From positions 2,170,001 to 2,234,000 of the forward strand of contig CAXHJY010000096.1 in NCBI GenBank assembly GCA_964016885.1: a stretch of DNA of 64,000 nucleotides. Reading direction: 5' to 3'. A program made the position numbers and the translations under genes. The stretch's first letter is position 1; each line of letters starts with the position of its first letter. This DNA is from Eledone cirrhosa (Eukaryota). Shown piece after piece: positions 26,221 through 41,200 of the stretch. The notes under the pieces are model-generated. The model had not been told where the DNA came from and searched no databases. It worked only from the letters and a program-made list of their open reading frames with translations.

Positions 26221-29200
26221 AAAATCAGGGGGAGATAATTTGTAAAAAATAATCAGGGGGAGATAATTTGTAAAAAAAAATCAAGGGGAGATAATTTCCA
26301 GCCGTCCAAGGGGAGGTAATATCTAGCCGTCCAAGGGGAGATAATTTCCAGCCGTCCAACGGGAGATAATTTCCAGCCGTCCATGGGTAGATAATATCCA
26401 GCCGCCCAAGGACATATTTTCCAGCCGTCCAAGGAGAGGTAATTTCTAGCCGTCCAAGGGGAGATAATTACAGCCGTCCAAGGGTAGATAATATCCAGCC
26501 GTCCAAGGACATATTTTCCAGCCGTCCAAGGAGAGGTAATTTCTAGCCGTCCAAGGGGAGATAAATTCCAGCCTCCAAGGGGAGATAATTTCCAGCCAGC
26601 CAAGGGGAGATAATTTGTAAAAAAATCAGGGGGAGATAATTTGTAAAAAAAATCAGGGGGAGATAATTTGTAAAAAAAAATCAGGGGGAGATAATTTGTA
26701 AAAAAAAATCAGGGGGAGATAATTTGCAAAAAAAATCAGGGGGAGATAATTTGTAAAAAAAAATCAGGGGTAGATAATTTGTAAAAAAAAATCAGGGGGA
26801 GATAATTTGTAAAAAAAAATCAGGGGGAGATAATTTGTAAAAAAAATCAAGGGGAGATAATTTCCAGCCGTCCAAGGGAAGATAATTTCCAGCCCTCCAA
26901 GGGGCTATAATTTCCAGCGTCCAAGGGGAGATAATTTCCAGCCAGCGAAGGGGAGATAATTTTTTTTAAAAAATCATTGGGAGATTTGTAAAAAAAATCA
27001 GGGGGAGATAATTTGTAAAAAAAATCAAGGGGAGATAATTTCCAGCCGTCCAAGGGGAGGTAATATCTAGCCGTCCAAGGGGAGATAATTTCCAGCCGTC
27101 CAACGGGAGATAATTTCCAGCCGTCCATGGGTAGATAATATCCAGCCGCCCAAGGACATATTTTCCAGCCGTCCAAGGAGAGGTAATTTCTAGCCGTCCA
27201 AGGGGAGATAATTTCCAGCCGTCCAAGGGTAGATAATATCCAGCCGTCCAAGGACATATTTTCCAGCCGTCCAAGGAGAGGTAATTTCTAGCCGTCCAAG
27301 GGGAGATAAATTCCAGCCTCCAAGGGGAGATAATTTCCAGCCAGCCAAGGGGAGATAATTTGTAAAAAAATCAGGGGGAGATAATTTGTAAAAAAAATCA
27401 GGGGGAGATAATTTGTAAAAAAAAATCAGGGGGAGATAATTTGTAAAAAAAAATCAGGGGGAGATAATTTGCAAAAAAAATCAGGGGGAGATAATTTGTA
27501 TAAAAAAATCAGGGGTAGATAATTTGTAAAAAAAAATCAGGGGGAGATAATTTGTAAAAAAAAATCAGGGGGAGATAATTTGTAAAAAAAATCAAGGGGA
27601 GATAATTTCCAGCCGTCCAAGGAGAGATAATTTAAAAAAAAAATCAGGCGGAGATAATTTGTAAAAAAAAATCAGGGGGAGATAATTTGTAAAAAAAATC
27701 AGGGGGAGATAATTTGTAAAAAAAAATCAGGGGTAGATAATTTGTAAAAAAAAATCAGGGGGAGATAATTTGTAAAAAAAATCAAGGGGAGATAATTTCC
27801 AGCCGTCCAAGGAGAGATAATTTAAAAAAAAATCAGGGGGAGATAATTTGTAAAAAAAATCAAGGGGAGATAATTTCCAGCCGTCCAAGGGGAGATAATT
27901 TTCAGCCGTCCAAGGGGAGATAATTTCCCGCCAGCCAAGGGAAGATAATATTCAAAAAAATCAGGCGGAGATAATTTGTAAAAAAAATCAGGGGGAGATA
28001 ATTTGTAAAAAAATCAGGGGGAGATAATTTGTAAAAAAAAAAATCAGGGGGAGATAATTTGTAAAAAAAATCAGGGGGAGATAATTTGTAAAAAAAAATC
28101 AGGGGTAGATAATTTGTAAAAAAAAATCAGGGGGAGATAATTTGTAAAAAAAAATCAGGGGGAGATAATTTGTAAAAAAAATGAAAGGGGAGATAATATC
28201 CAGCCGTCCAAGGGGAGATAATTTCCAGCCGTCCAAGGGGAGATAATTTCCAGCCGTCCAAGGGGAGATAATTTCCATCCTTCCAAGGGGATATAATTTC
28301 CAGCCGTCCAAGGGGAGATAATTTCCATCCTTCCAAGGGGATATAATTTCCAGCCGTCCAAGGGGAGATAATTTTCAGCCGTCCAAGGAGAGGTAATTTC
28401 TAGCCGTCCAAGGAGAGATAATTTCCAGCCGTCCAAGGGGAGATAATTTCCAGCCGTCCAAGGGGAGATAATTTCCAGCCGTCCAAGGAGACATATTTTC
28501 CAGCCGTCCAAGGAGAGGTAATTCCTAGCCGTCCAAGGGGAGATAAATTCCAGCCTCCAAGGGGAGATAATTTCCAGCCAGCCAAGGGGAGATAATTTGT
28601 AAAAAAAATCAGGGGGAGATAATTTGTAAAAAAAATCAGGGGGAGATAATTTGTAAAGAAATCAGGGGGAGATAATTTGTAAAAAAAAATCAGGGGGAGA
28701 TAATTTGTAAAAAAAATCAGGGGGAGATAATTTGTAAAAAAAAATCAGGGGGAGATAATTTGTAAAAAAAATCAAGGGGAGATAATTTCCAGCCGTCCAA
28801 GGGAAGATAATTTCCAGCCCTCCAAGGGGCTATAATTTCCAGCGTCCAAGGGGAGATAATTTCCAGCCAGCGAAGCGGAGATAATTTTTTTAAAAAAATC
28901 ATTGGGAGATTTGTAAAAAAATCAGGGGGAGATAATTTGTAAAAAAAATCAAGGGGAGATAATTACCAGCCGTCCAAGGGGAGGTAATATCTAGCCGTCC
29001 AAGGGGTGATAATTTCCAGCCGTCCAAGGGGAGATAATTTCCAGCCGTCCAAGGGTAGATAATATCCAGCCGTCCAAGGACATATTTTCCAGCCGTCCAA
29101 GGAGAGGTAATTTCTAGCCGTCCAAGGGGAGATAAATTCCAGCCTCCAAGGTGAGATAATTTCCAGCCAGCCAAGGGGAGATAATTTGTAAAAAAAAATC

Positions 29201-32200
29201 AGGGGGAGATAATTTGTAAAAAAAATCAAGGGGAGATAATTTCCAGCCGTCCAAGGGGAGATAATTTTCAGCCGTCCAAGGGGAGATAATTTCCCGCCAG
29301 CCAAGGGAAGATAATATTTAAAAAAATCAGGCGGAGATAATTTGTAAAAAAAATCAGGGGGAGATAATTTGTAAAAAAATCAGGGGGAGATAATTTGTAA
29401 AAAAAAAATCAGGGGGAGATAATTTGTAAAAAAAATCAGGGTGAGATAATTTGTAAAAAAAAATCAGGGGTAGATGAATTGTAAAAAAAAATCAGGGGGA
29501 GATAATTTGTAAAAAAAATCAGGGGGAGATAATTTGTAAAAAAAATGAAAGGGGAGATAATATCCAGCCGTCCAAGGGGAGATAATTTCCAGCCGTCCAA
29601 GGGGAGATAATTTCCAGCCGTCCAAGGGGAGATAATTTCCATCCTTCCAAGGGGATATAATTTCCAGCCGTCCAAGGGGAGATAATTTCCCGCCAGCCAA
29701 GATAAGATAATATTTAAAAAAATTAGGCGGAGATAATTTGTAAAAAAAATCAGGGGGAGATAATTTGTAAAAAATCAGGGGGAGATAATTTGTAAAAAAA
29801 ATCAGGGGGAGATAATTTGTAAAAAAAATCATGGGGAGATAATTTGTAAAAAAAAATCAGGGGTAGATAATTTGTAAAAAAAAATCAGGGGGAGATAATT
29901 TGTAAAAAAAAATCAGGGGGAGATAATTTGTAAAAAAAATCAAGGGGAGATAATTTCCAGCCGTCCAAGGGGAGATAATTTTCAGCCGTCCAAGGAGAGG
30001 TAATTTCTAGCCGTCCAAGGGGAGATAATTTCCAGCCGTCCAAGGGGAGGTAATTTCCAGCCGTCCAAGGGGAGATAATTTAAAAAAAAAAATCAGGCGG
30101 AGATAATTTGTAAAAAAAATCAAGGGGAGATAATTTGCAGCCGTCCAAGGGGAGATAATTTTCAGTCGTCCAAGGAGAGGTAATTTCTAGCCGTCCAAGG
30201 GGAGATAATTGCCAGCCGTCCAAGGGGAGATAATTTCCAGCCGTCCAAGGGGAGATAATTTTTTTTAAAAAATCAGGCGGAGATAATTTGTAAAAAAAAT
30301 CAGGGGGAGATAATTTGTAAACAAAATCAGGGGGAGATAATTTGTAAAAAAAAATCAGGGGTAGATAATTTGTAAAAAAAAATCAGGGGGAGATAATTTG
30401 TAAAAAAAAATCAGGGGGAGATAATTTGTAAAAAAAATCAAGGGGAGATAATTTCCAGCCGTCCAAGGGGAGATAATTTTCAGCCGTCCAAGGAGAGGTA
30501 ATTTCTAGCCGTCCAAGGGGAGATAATTTCCAGCCGTCCAAGGGGAGGTAATTTCCAGCCGTCCAAGGGGAGATAATTTTAAAAAAAAATCAGGCGGAGA
30601 TAATTTGTAAAAAAAATCAAGGGGAGATAATTTGCAGCCGTCCAAGGGGAGATAATTTTCAGTCGTCCAAGGAGAGGTAATTTCTAGCCGTCCAAGGGGA
30701 GATAATTGCCAGCCGTCCAAGGGGAGATAATTTCCAGCCGTCCAAGGGGAGATAATTTTTTTTAAAAAATCAGGCGGTGATAATTTGTAAAAAAAATCAG
30801 GGGGAGATAATTTGTAAACAAAATCAGGGGGAGATAATTTGTAAAAAAAAATCAGGGGGAGATAATTTGTAAAAAAAATCATGGAGAGATAATTTCCAGC
30901 CGTCCAAGGGGAGATAATTTCCAGCCTTCCAAGGAGACATATTTTCCAGCCGTCCAAGGCGAGGTAATTTCTAGCCGTCCAAGGGGAGATAAATTCCAGC
31001 CTCCAAGGGGAGATAATTTCCAGCCAGCCAAGTGGAGATAATTTGTAAAAAAATCAGGGGGAGATAATTTGTAAAAAATATCAGGGAGATAATTTGTAAA
31101 AAAAAATCAGGGGGAGATAATTTGTAAAAAAAATCAGGGTGAGATAATTTGTAAAAAAAAATCAGGGGGAGATAATTTGTAAAAAAAATCAAGGGGAGAT
31201 AATTTCCAGCCGTCCAAGGGGAGATAATTTTCAGCCGTCCAAGGGGAGATAATTTCCCGCCAGCCAAGGGAAGATAATATTTAAAAAAATCAGGCGGAGA
31301 TAATTTGTAAAAAAAATCAGGGGGAGATAATTTGTAAAAAAATCAGGGGGAGATAATTTGTAAAAAAAAAATCAGGGGGAGATAATTTGTAAAAAAAATC
31401 AGGGGGAGATAATTTGTAAAAAAAAATCAGGGGTAGATAATTTGTAAACAAAAATCAGGGGGAGATAATTTGTAAAAAAAAATCAGGGGGAGATAATTTG
31501 TAAAAAAAATGAAAGGGGAGATAATATCCAGCCGTCCAAGGGGAGATAATTTCCAGCCGTCCAAGGGGATATAATTTCCAGCCGTCCAAGGGGAGATAAT
31601 TTCCATCCTTCCAAGGGGATATAATTTCCAGCCGTCCAAGGGGAGATAATTTCCCGCCAGCCAAGGGAAGATAATTTTTAAAAAAATCAGGCGGAGATTG
31701 TAAAAAAAATCAGGGGGGAGATAATTTGTAAAAAAATCAGGGGGAGATAATTTGTAAAAAATAATCAGGGGGAGATAATTTGTAAAAAAATTCAAGGGGA
31801 GATAATTTCCAGCCGTCCAAGGGGAGATAATTTCCCGCCAGCCAAGGGAAGATAATATTTAAAAAAATCAGGCGGAGATTGTAAAAAAAATCAGGGGGGA
31901 GATAATTTGTAAAAAAATCAGGGGGAGATAATTTGTAAAAAAAATCAGGGGGAGATAATTTGTAAAAAAATCAGGGGGAGATAATTTGTAAAAAAAATCA
32001 GGGGGAGATAATTTGTAAAAAAAATCATGGGGAGATAATTTGTAAAAAGAAATCAGGGGTAGATAATTTGTAAAAAAAAATCAGGGGGAGATAATTTGTA
32101 AAAAAAAATCAGGGGGAGATAATTTGTAAAAAAAATCAAGGGGAGATAATATCCAGCCGTCCAAGGAGAGATAATTTCAAAAAAAAATGAGGCGGAGATA

Positions 32201-35200
32201 ATTTGTAAAAAAAAAATCAGGGGGAGTTAATTTGTAAAAAAAAATGAGGGGGAGATAATTTGTAAAAAAAATCAAGGGGAGATAATTTCCAGCCGTCCAA
32301 GGGGAGATAATTTTCAGCCGTCCAAGGAGAGGTAATTTCTAGCCGTCCAAGGGGAGATAATTTCCAGCCGTCCAAGGGGAGGTAATTTCCAGCCGTCCAA
32401 GGGGAGATAATTTAAAAAAAAAAATCAGGCGGAGATAATTTGTAAAAAAAATCAGGGGGAGATAATTTGTAAACAAAATCAGGGGGAGATAATTTGTAAA
32501 AAAAAATCAGGGGGAGATAATTTGTAAAAAAAAATCAGGGGGAGATAATTTGTTTAAAAAATCAAGGGGAGATAATTTGCAGCCGTCCAAGGGGAGATAA
32601 TTTTCAGCCGTCCAAGGAGAGGTAATTTCTAGCCGTTCAAGGGGAGATAATTTCCAGCCGTCCAAGGGGAGATAATTTCCAGCCGTCCAAGGGGAGATAA
32701 TTTTTTTTTAAAAATCAGGCGGAGATAATTTGTAAAAAAAAATCAGGGGGAGATAATTCGTAAAAAAAAATCAGGGGGAGATAATTTGTAAAAAAAAATC
32801 AGGGGGAGATAATTTGTAAAAAAAATCAAGGGGAGATAATTTCCAGCCGTCCAAGGGGAGGTAATATCTAGCCGTCCAAGGGGAGATAATTTCCAGCCGT
32901 CCAAGGGGAGATAATTTCCAGCCGTCCAAGGGGAGATAATTTCCAGCCGTCCAAGGAGACATATTTTCCAGCCGTCCAAGGCGAGGTAATTTCTAGCCGT
33001 CCAAGGGGAGATAAATTCCAGCCTCCAAGGGGAGATAATTTCCAGCCAGCCAAGGGGAGATAATTTGTAAAAAAATCAGGGGGAGATAATTTGTAAAAAA
33101 TATCAGGGAGATAATTTGTAAAAAAAAATCAGGGGGAGATAATTTGTAAAAAAAATCAGGGGGAGATAATTTGTAAAAAAAAATCAGGGGGAGATAATTT
33201 GTAAAAAAAATCAAGGGGAGATAATTTCCAGCCGTCCAAGGGGAGATAATTTTCAGCCGTCCAAAGAGAGGTAATTTCTAACCGTCCGAGGAGAGATAAT
33301 TTCCAGCCGTCCAAGGGGAGATAATTTCCAGCCGTCCAAGGGGAGATAATTTCCAGCCGTCCAAGGAGACATATTTTCCAGCCGTCCAAGGAGAGGTAAT
33401 TTCTAGCCGTCCAAGGGGAGATAAATTCCAGCCTCCAAGGGGAGATAATTTCCAGCCAGCCAAATGGAGATAATTTGTAAAAAAATCAGGGGGAGATAAT
33501 TTGCAAAAAAAATCAGGGGGAGATAATTTGTAAAAAATAATCAGGGGGAGATAATTTCCAGCCGTCCAAGGGGAGATAATTTAAAAAAAAATCAGGCGGA
33601 GATAATTTGTAAAAAAAAATCAGGGGGAGATAATTTGTAAAAAAAAATCAGGGGGAGATAATTTGTAAAAAAAATCAAGGGGAGATAATTTCCAGCCGTC
33701 CAAGGGAAGATAATTTCCAGCCCTCCAAGGGGCTATAATTTCCAGTGTCCAAGGGGAGATAATTTCCAGCCAGCGAAGGGGAGATAATTTTTTTAAAAAA
33801 ATCATTGGGAGATTTGTAAAAAAAATCAGGGGGAGATAATTTGTAAAAAAAATCAAGGGGAGATAATTTCCAGCCGTCCAAGGGGAGGTAATATCTAGCC
33901 GTCCAAGGGGAGATAATTTCCAGCCGTCCAAGGGGAGATAATTTCCAGCCGTCCCAGGGTAGATAATATCCAGCCGCCCAAGGACATATTTTCCAGCCGT
34001 CCAAGGAGAGGTAATTTCTAGCCGTCCAAGGGGAGATAAATTCCAGCCTCCAAGGGGAGATAATTTCCAGCCAGCCAAGGGGAGATAATTTGTAAAAAAA
34101 TCAGGGGGAGATAATTTGTAAAAAAAATCAGGGGGAGATAATTTGTAAAAAAAAATCAGGGGGAGATAATTTGTAAAAAAAAATCAGGGGGAGATAATTT
34201 GCAAAAAAAATCAGGGGGAGATAATTTGTAAAAAAAAATCAGGGGTAGATAATTTGTAAAAAAAAATCAGGGGGAGATAATTTGTAAAAAAAAATCAGGG
34301 GGAGATAATTTGTAAAAAAAATCAAGGGGAGATAATTTCCAGCCGTCCAAGGAGAGATAATTTAAAAAAAAATCAGGCGGAGATAATTTGTAAAAAAAAA
34401 TCAGGGGGAGATAATTTGTAAAAAAAATCAGGGGGAGATAATTTGTAAAAAAAAATCAGGGGTAGATAATTTGTAAAAAAAAATCAGGGGGAGATAATTT
34501 GTAAAAAAAAATCAGGGGGAGATAATTTGTAAAAAAAATCAAGGGGAGATAATTTCCAGCCGTCCAAGGAGAGATAATTTTAAAAAAAATCAGGCGGAGA
34601 TAATTTGTAAAAAAAAATTAGGGGGAGATAATTTGTAAAAAAAAATCAGGGGGAGATAATTTGTAAAAAAAATCAAGGGGAGATAATTTCCAGCCGTCCA
34701 AGGGGAGATAATTTTCAGCCGTCCAAGGGGAGATAATTTCCCGCCAGCCAAGGGAAGATAATATTCAAAAAAATCAGGCGGAGATAATTTGTAAAAAAAA
34801 TCAGGGGGAGATAATTTGTAAAAAAATCAGGGGGAGATAATTTGTAAAAAAAAAAATCAGGGGGAGATAATTTGTAAAAAAAATCAGGGGGAGATAATTT
34901 GTAAAAAAAAATCAGGGGTAGATAATTTGTAAAAAAAAATCAGGGGGAGATAATTTGTAAAAAAAAATCAGGGGGAGATAATTTGTAAAAAAAATGAAAG
35001 GGGAGATAATATCCAGCCGTCCAAGGGGAGATAATTTCCAGCCGTCCAAGGGGAGATAATTTCCAGCCGTCCAAGGGGAGATAATTTCCATCCTTCCAAG
35101 GGGATATAATTTCCAGCCGTCCAAGGGGAGATAATTTCCATCCTTCCAAGGGGATATAATTTCCAGCCGTCCAAGGGGAGATAATTTTCAGCCGTCCAAG

Positions 35201-38200
35201 GAGAGGTAATTTCTAGCCGTCCAAGGAGAGATAATTTCCAGCCGTCCAAGGGGAGATAATTTCCAGCCGTCCAAGGGGAGATAATTTCCAGCCGTCCAAG
35301 GAGACATATTTTCCAGCCGTCCAAGGAGAGGTAATTCCTAGCCGTCCAAGGGGAGATAAATTCCCGCCTCCAAGGGGAGATAATTTCCAGCCAGCCAAGG
35401 GGAGATAATTTGTAAAAAAAATCAGGGGGAGATAATTTGTAAAAAAAAATCAGGGGGAGATAATTTGTAAAAAATAATCAGGGGGAGATAATTTGTAAAA
35501 AAAATCAAGGGGAGATAATTTCCAGCCGTCCAAGGGGAGATAATTTTCAGCCGTCCAAGGGGAGATAATTTCCCGCCAGCCAAGGGAAGATAATATTTAA
35601 AAAAATTAGGCGGAGATAATTTGTAAAAAAAATCAGGGGGAGATAATTTGTAAAAAAATCAGGGGGAGATAATTTGTAAAAAAAATCAGGGGGAGATAAT
35701 TTGTAAAAAAAATCAGGGGTAGATAATTTGTAAAAAAAAATCAGGGGGAGATAATTTGTAAAAAAAATCAAGGGGAGATAATTTCCAGCCGTCCAAGGGA
35801 AGATAATTTCCAGCCCTCCAAGGGGCTATAATTTCCAGCGTCCAAGGGGAGATAATTTCCAGCCAGCGAAGGGGAGATAATTTTTTTTAAAAAATCATTG
35901 GGAGATTTGTAAAAAAAATCAGGGGGAGATAATTTGTAAAAAAAATCAAGGGGAGATAATTTCCAGCCGTCCAAGGGGAGGTAATATCTAGCCGTCCAAG
36001 GGGAGATAATTTCCAGCCGTCCAAGGGGAGATAATTTCCAGCCGTCCAAGGGTAGATAATATCCAGCCGTCCAAGGACATATTTTCCAGCCGTCCAAGGA
36101 GAGGTAATTTCTAGCCGTCCAAGGGGAGATAAATTCCAGCCTCCAAGGTGAGATAATTTCCAGCCAGCCAAGGGGAGATAATTTGTAAAAAAATCAGGGG
36201 GAGATAATTTGTAAAAAAAATCAGGGGGAGATAATTTGTAAAAAAAAATCAGGGGGAGATAATTTGTAAAAAAAAATCAGGGGGAGATAATTTGTAAAAA
36301 AAAATCAGGGGGAGATAATTTGTAAAAAAATCAAGGGGAGATAATTTCCAGCCGTCCAAGGGGAGATAATTTTCAGCCGTCCAAGGGGAGATAATTTCCC
36401 GCCAGCCAAGGGAAGATAATATTTGAAAAAATCAGGCGGAGATAATTTGTAAAAAAAATCAGGGGGAGATAATTTGTAAAAAAATCAGGGGGAGATAATT
36501 TGTAAAAAAAAAATCAGGGGGAGATAATTTGTAAAAAGAATCAGGGGGAGATAATTTGTAAAAAAAAATCAGGGGTAGATAAATTGTAAAAAAAAATCAG
36601 GGGGAGATAATTTGTAAAAAAAATCAGGGGGAGATAATTTGTAAAAAAAATGAAAGGGGAGATAATATCCAGCCGTCCAAGGGGAGATAATTTCCAGCCG
36701 TCCAAGGGGAGATAATTTCCAGCCGTCCAAGGGGAGATAATTTCCATCCTTCCAAGGGGATATAATTTCCAGCCGTCCAAGGGGAGATAATTTCCCGCCA
36801 GCCAAGGGAAGATAATTTTTAAAAAAATCAGGCGGAGATTGTAAAAAAAATCAGGGGGGAGATAATTTGTAAAAAAATCAGGGGGAGATAATTTGTAAAA
36901 AAAAATCAGGGGGAGATAATTTGTAAAAAATAATCAGGGGGAGATAATTTGTAAAAAAAAATCAAGGGGAGATAATTTCCAGCCGTCCAAGGGGAGATAA
37001 TTTCCCGCCAGCCAAGGGAAGATAATATTTAAAAAAATTAGGCGGAGATAATTTGTAAAAAAAATCAGGGGGAGATAATTTGTAAAAAAATCAGGGGGAG
37101 ATAATTTGTAAAAAAAATCAGGGGGAGATAATTTGTAAAAAAATTCATGGGGAGATAATTTGTAAAAAAAAATCAGGGGTAGATAATTTGTAAAAAAAAA
37201 TCAGGGGGAGATAATTTGTAAAAAAAAATCAGGGGGAGATAATTTGTAAAAAAAATCAAGGGGAGATAATTTCCAGCCGTCCAAGGGGAGATAATTTTCA
37301 GCCGTCCAAGGAGAGGTAATTTCTAACCGTCCGAGGAGAGATAATTTCCAGCCGTCCAAGGGGAGATAATTTCCAGCCGTCCAAGGGGAGATAATTTCCA
37401 GCCGTCCAAGGAGACATATTTTCCAGCCGTCCAAGGAGAGGTAATTTCTAGCCGTCCAAGGGGAGATAAATTCCAGCCTCCAAGGGGAGATAATTTCCAG
37501 CCAGCCAAATGGAGATAATTTGTAAAAAAATCAGGGGGAGATAATTTGCAAAAAAAATCAGGGGGAGATAATTTGTAAAAAATAATCAGGGGGAGATAAT
37601 TTCCAGCCGTCCAAGGGGAGATAATTTAAAAAAAAATCAGGCGGAGATAATTTGTAAAAAAAAATCAGGGGGAGATAATTTGTAAAAAAAAATCAGGGGG
37701 AGATAATTTGTAAAAAAAATCAAGGGGAGATAATTTCCAGCCGTCCAAGGGAAGATAATTTCCAGCCCTCCAAGGGGCTATAATTTCCAGTGTCCAAGGG
37801 GAGATAATTTCCAGCCAGCGAAGGGGAGATAATTTTTTTTAAAAAATCATTGGGAGATTTGTAAAAAAAATCAGGGGGAGATAATTTGTAAAAAAAATCA
37901 AGGGGAGATAATTTCCAGCCGTCCAAGGGGAGGTAATATCTAGCCGTCCAAGGGGAGATAATTTCCAGCCGTCCAAGGGGAGATAATTTCCAGCCGTCCC
38001 AGGGTAGATAATATCCAGCCGCCCAAGGACATATTTTCCAGCCGTCCAAGGAGAGGTAATTTCTAGCCGTCCAAGGGGAGATAAATTCCAGCCTCCAAGG
38101 GGAGATAATTTCCAGCCAGCCAAGGGGAGATAATTTGTAAAAAAATCAGGGGGAGATAATTTGTAAAAAAAATCAGGGGGAGATAATTTGTAAAAAAAAA

Positions 38201-41200
38201 TCAGGGGGAGATAATTTGTAAAAAAAAATCAGGGGGAGATAATTTGCAAAAAAAATCAGGGGGAGATAATTTGTAAAAAAAAATCAGGGGTAGATAATTT
38301 GTAAAAAAAAATCAGGGGGAGATAATTTGTAAAAAAAAATCAGGGGGAGATAATTTGTAAAAAAAATCAAGGGGAGATAATTTCCAGCCGTCCAAGGAGA
38401 GATAATTTAAAAAAAAATCAGGCGGAGATAATTTGTAAAAAAAAATCAGGGGGAGATAATTTGTAAAAAAAATCAGGGGGAGATAATTTGTAAAAAAAAA
38501 TCAGGGGTAGATAATTTGTAAAAAAAAATCAGGGGGAGATAATTTGTAAAAAAAAATCAGGGGGAGATAATTTGTAAAAAAAATCAAGGGGAGATAATTT
38601 CCAGCCGTCCAAGGAGAGATAATTTTAAAAAAAATCAGGCGGAGATAATTTGTAAAAAAAAATTAGGGGGAGATAATTTGTAAAAAAAAATCAGGGGGAG
38701 ATAATTTGTAAAAAAAATCAAGGGGAGATAATTTCCAGCCGTCCAAGGGGAGATAATTTTCAGCCGTCCAAGGGGAGATAATTTCCCGCCAGCCAAGGGA
38801 AGATAATATTCAAAAAAATCAGGCGGAGATAATTTGTAAAAAAAATCAGGGGGAGATAATTTGTAAAAAAATCAGGGGGAGATAATTTGTAAAAAAAAAA
38901 ATCAGGGGGAGATAATTTGTAAAAAAAATCAGGGGGAGATAATTTGTAAAAAAAAATCAGGGGTAGATAATTTGTAAAAAAAAATCAGGGGGAGATAATT
39001 TGTAAAAAAAAATCAGGGGGAGATAATTTGTAAAAAAAATGAAAGGGGAGATAATATCCAGCCGTCCAAGGGGAGATAATTTCCAGCCGTCCAAGGGGAG
39101 ATAATTTCCAGCCGTCCAAGGGGAGATAATTTCCATCCTTCCAAGGGGATATAATTTCCAGCCGTCCAAGGGGAGATAATTTCCATCCTTCCAAGGGGAT
39201 ATAATTTCCAGCCGTCCAAGGGGAGATAATTTTCAGCCGTCCAAGGAGAGGTAATTTCTAGCCGTCCAAGGAGAGATAATTTCCAGCCGTCCAAGGGGAG
39301 ATAATTTCCAGCCGTCCAAGGGGAGATAATTTCCAGCCGTCCAAGGAGACATATTTTCCAGCCGTCCAAGGAGAGGTAATTCCTAGCCGTCCAAGGGGAG
39401 ATAAATTCCCGCCTCCAAGGGGAGATAATTTCCAGCCAGCCAAGGGGAGATAATTTGTAAAAAAAATCAGGGGGAGATAATTTGTAAAAAAAATCAGGGG
39501 GAGATAATTTGTAAAAAAAAATCAGGGGGAGATAATTTGTAAAAAATAATCAGGGGGAGATAATTTGTAAAAAAAATCAAGGGGAGATAATTTCCAGCCG
39601 TCCAAGGGGAGATAATTTTCAGCCGTCCAAGGGGAGATAATTTCCCGCCAGCCAAGGGAAGATAATATTTAAAAAAATTAGGCGGAGATAATTTGTAAAA
39701 AAAATCAGGGGGAGATAATTTGTAAAAAAATCAGGGGGAGATAATTTGTAAAAAAAATCAGGGGGAGATAATTTGTAAAAAAAATCAGGGGGAGATAATT
39801 TGTAAAAAAAAATCAGGGGGAGATAATTTGTAAAAAAAATCAAGGGGAGATAATTTCCAGCCGTCCAAGGGAAGATAATTTCCAGCCCTCCAAGGGGCTA
39901 TAATTTCCAGCGTCCAAGGGGAGATAATTTCCAGCCAGCGAAGGGGAGATAATTTTTTTTAAAAAATCATTGGGAGATTTGTAAAAAAAATCAGGGGGAG
40001 ATAATTTGTAAAAAAAATCAAGGGGAGATAATTTCCAGCCGTCCAAGGGGAGGTAATATCTAGCCGTCCAAGGGGAGATAATTTCCAGCCGTCCAAGGGG
40101 AGATAATTTCCAGCCGTCCAAGGGTAGATAATATCCAGCCGTCCAAGGACATATTTTCCAGCCGTCCAAAGAGAGGTAATTTCTAGCCGTCCAAGGGGAG
40201 ATAAATTCCAGCCTCCAAGGTGAGATAATTTCCAGCCAGCCAAGGGGAGATAATTTGTAAAAAAATCAGGGGGAGATAATTTGTAAAAAAAATCAGGGGG
40301 AGATAATTTGTAAAAAAAAATCAGGGGGAGATAATTTGTAAAAAAAAATCAGGGGGAGATAATTTGTAAAAAAAAATCAGGGGGAGATAATTTGTAAAAA
40401 AATCAAGGGGAGATAATTTCCAGCCGTCCAAGGGGAGATAATTTTCAGCCGTCCAAGGGGAGATAATTTCCCGCCAGCCAAGGGAAGATAATATTTGAAA
40501 AAATCAGGCGGAGATAATTTGTAAAAAAAATCAGGGGGAGATAATTTGTAAAAAAATCAGGGGGAGATAATTTGTAAAAAAAAAATCAGGGGGAGATAAT
40601 TTGTAAAAAGAATCAGGGGGAGATAATTTGTAAAAAAAAATCAGGGGTAGATAAATTGTAAAAAAAAATCAGGGGGAGATAATTTGTAAAAAAAATCAGG
40701 GGGAGATAATTTGTAAAAAAAATGAAAGGGGAGATAATATCCAGCCGTCCAAGGGGAGATAATTTCCAGCCGTCCAAGGGGAGATAATTTCCAGCCGTCC
40801 AAGGGGAGATAATTTCCATCCTTCCAAGGGGATATAATTTCCAGCCGTCCAAGGGGAGATAATTTCCCGCCAGCCAAGGGAAGATAATTTTTAAAAAAAT
40901 CAGGCGGAGATTGTAAAAAAAATCAGGGGGGAGATAATTTGTAAAAAAATCAGGGGGAGATAATTTGTAAAAAAAAATCAGGGGGAGATAATTTGTAAAA
41001 AATAATCAGGGGGAGATAATTTGTAAAAAAAAATCAAGGGGAGATAATTTCCAGCCGTCCAAGGGGAGATAATTTCCCGCCAGCCAAGGGAAGATAATAT
41101 TTAAAAAAATTAGGCGGAGATAATTTGTAAAAAAAATCAGGGGGAGATAATTTGTAAAAAAATCAGGGGGAGATAATTTGTAAAAAAAATCAGGGGGAGA

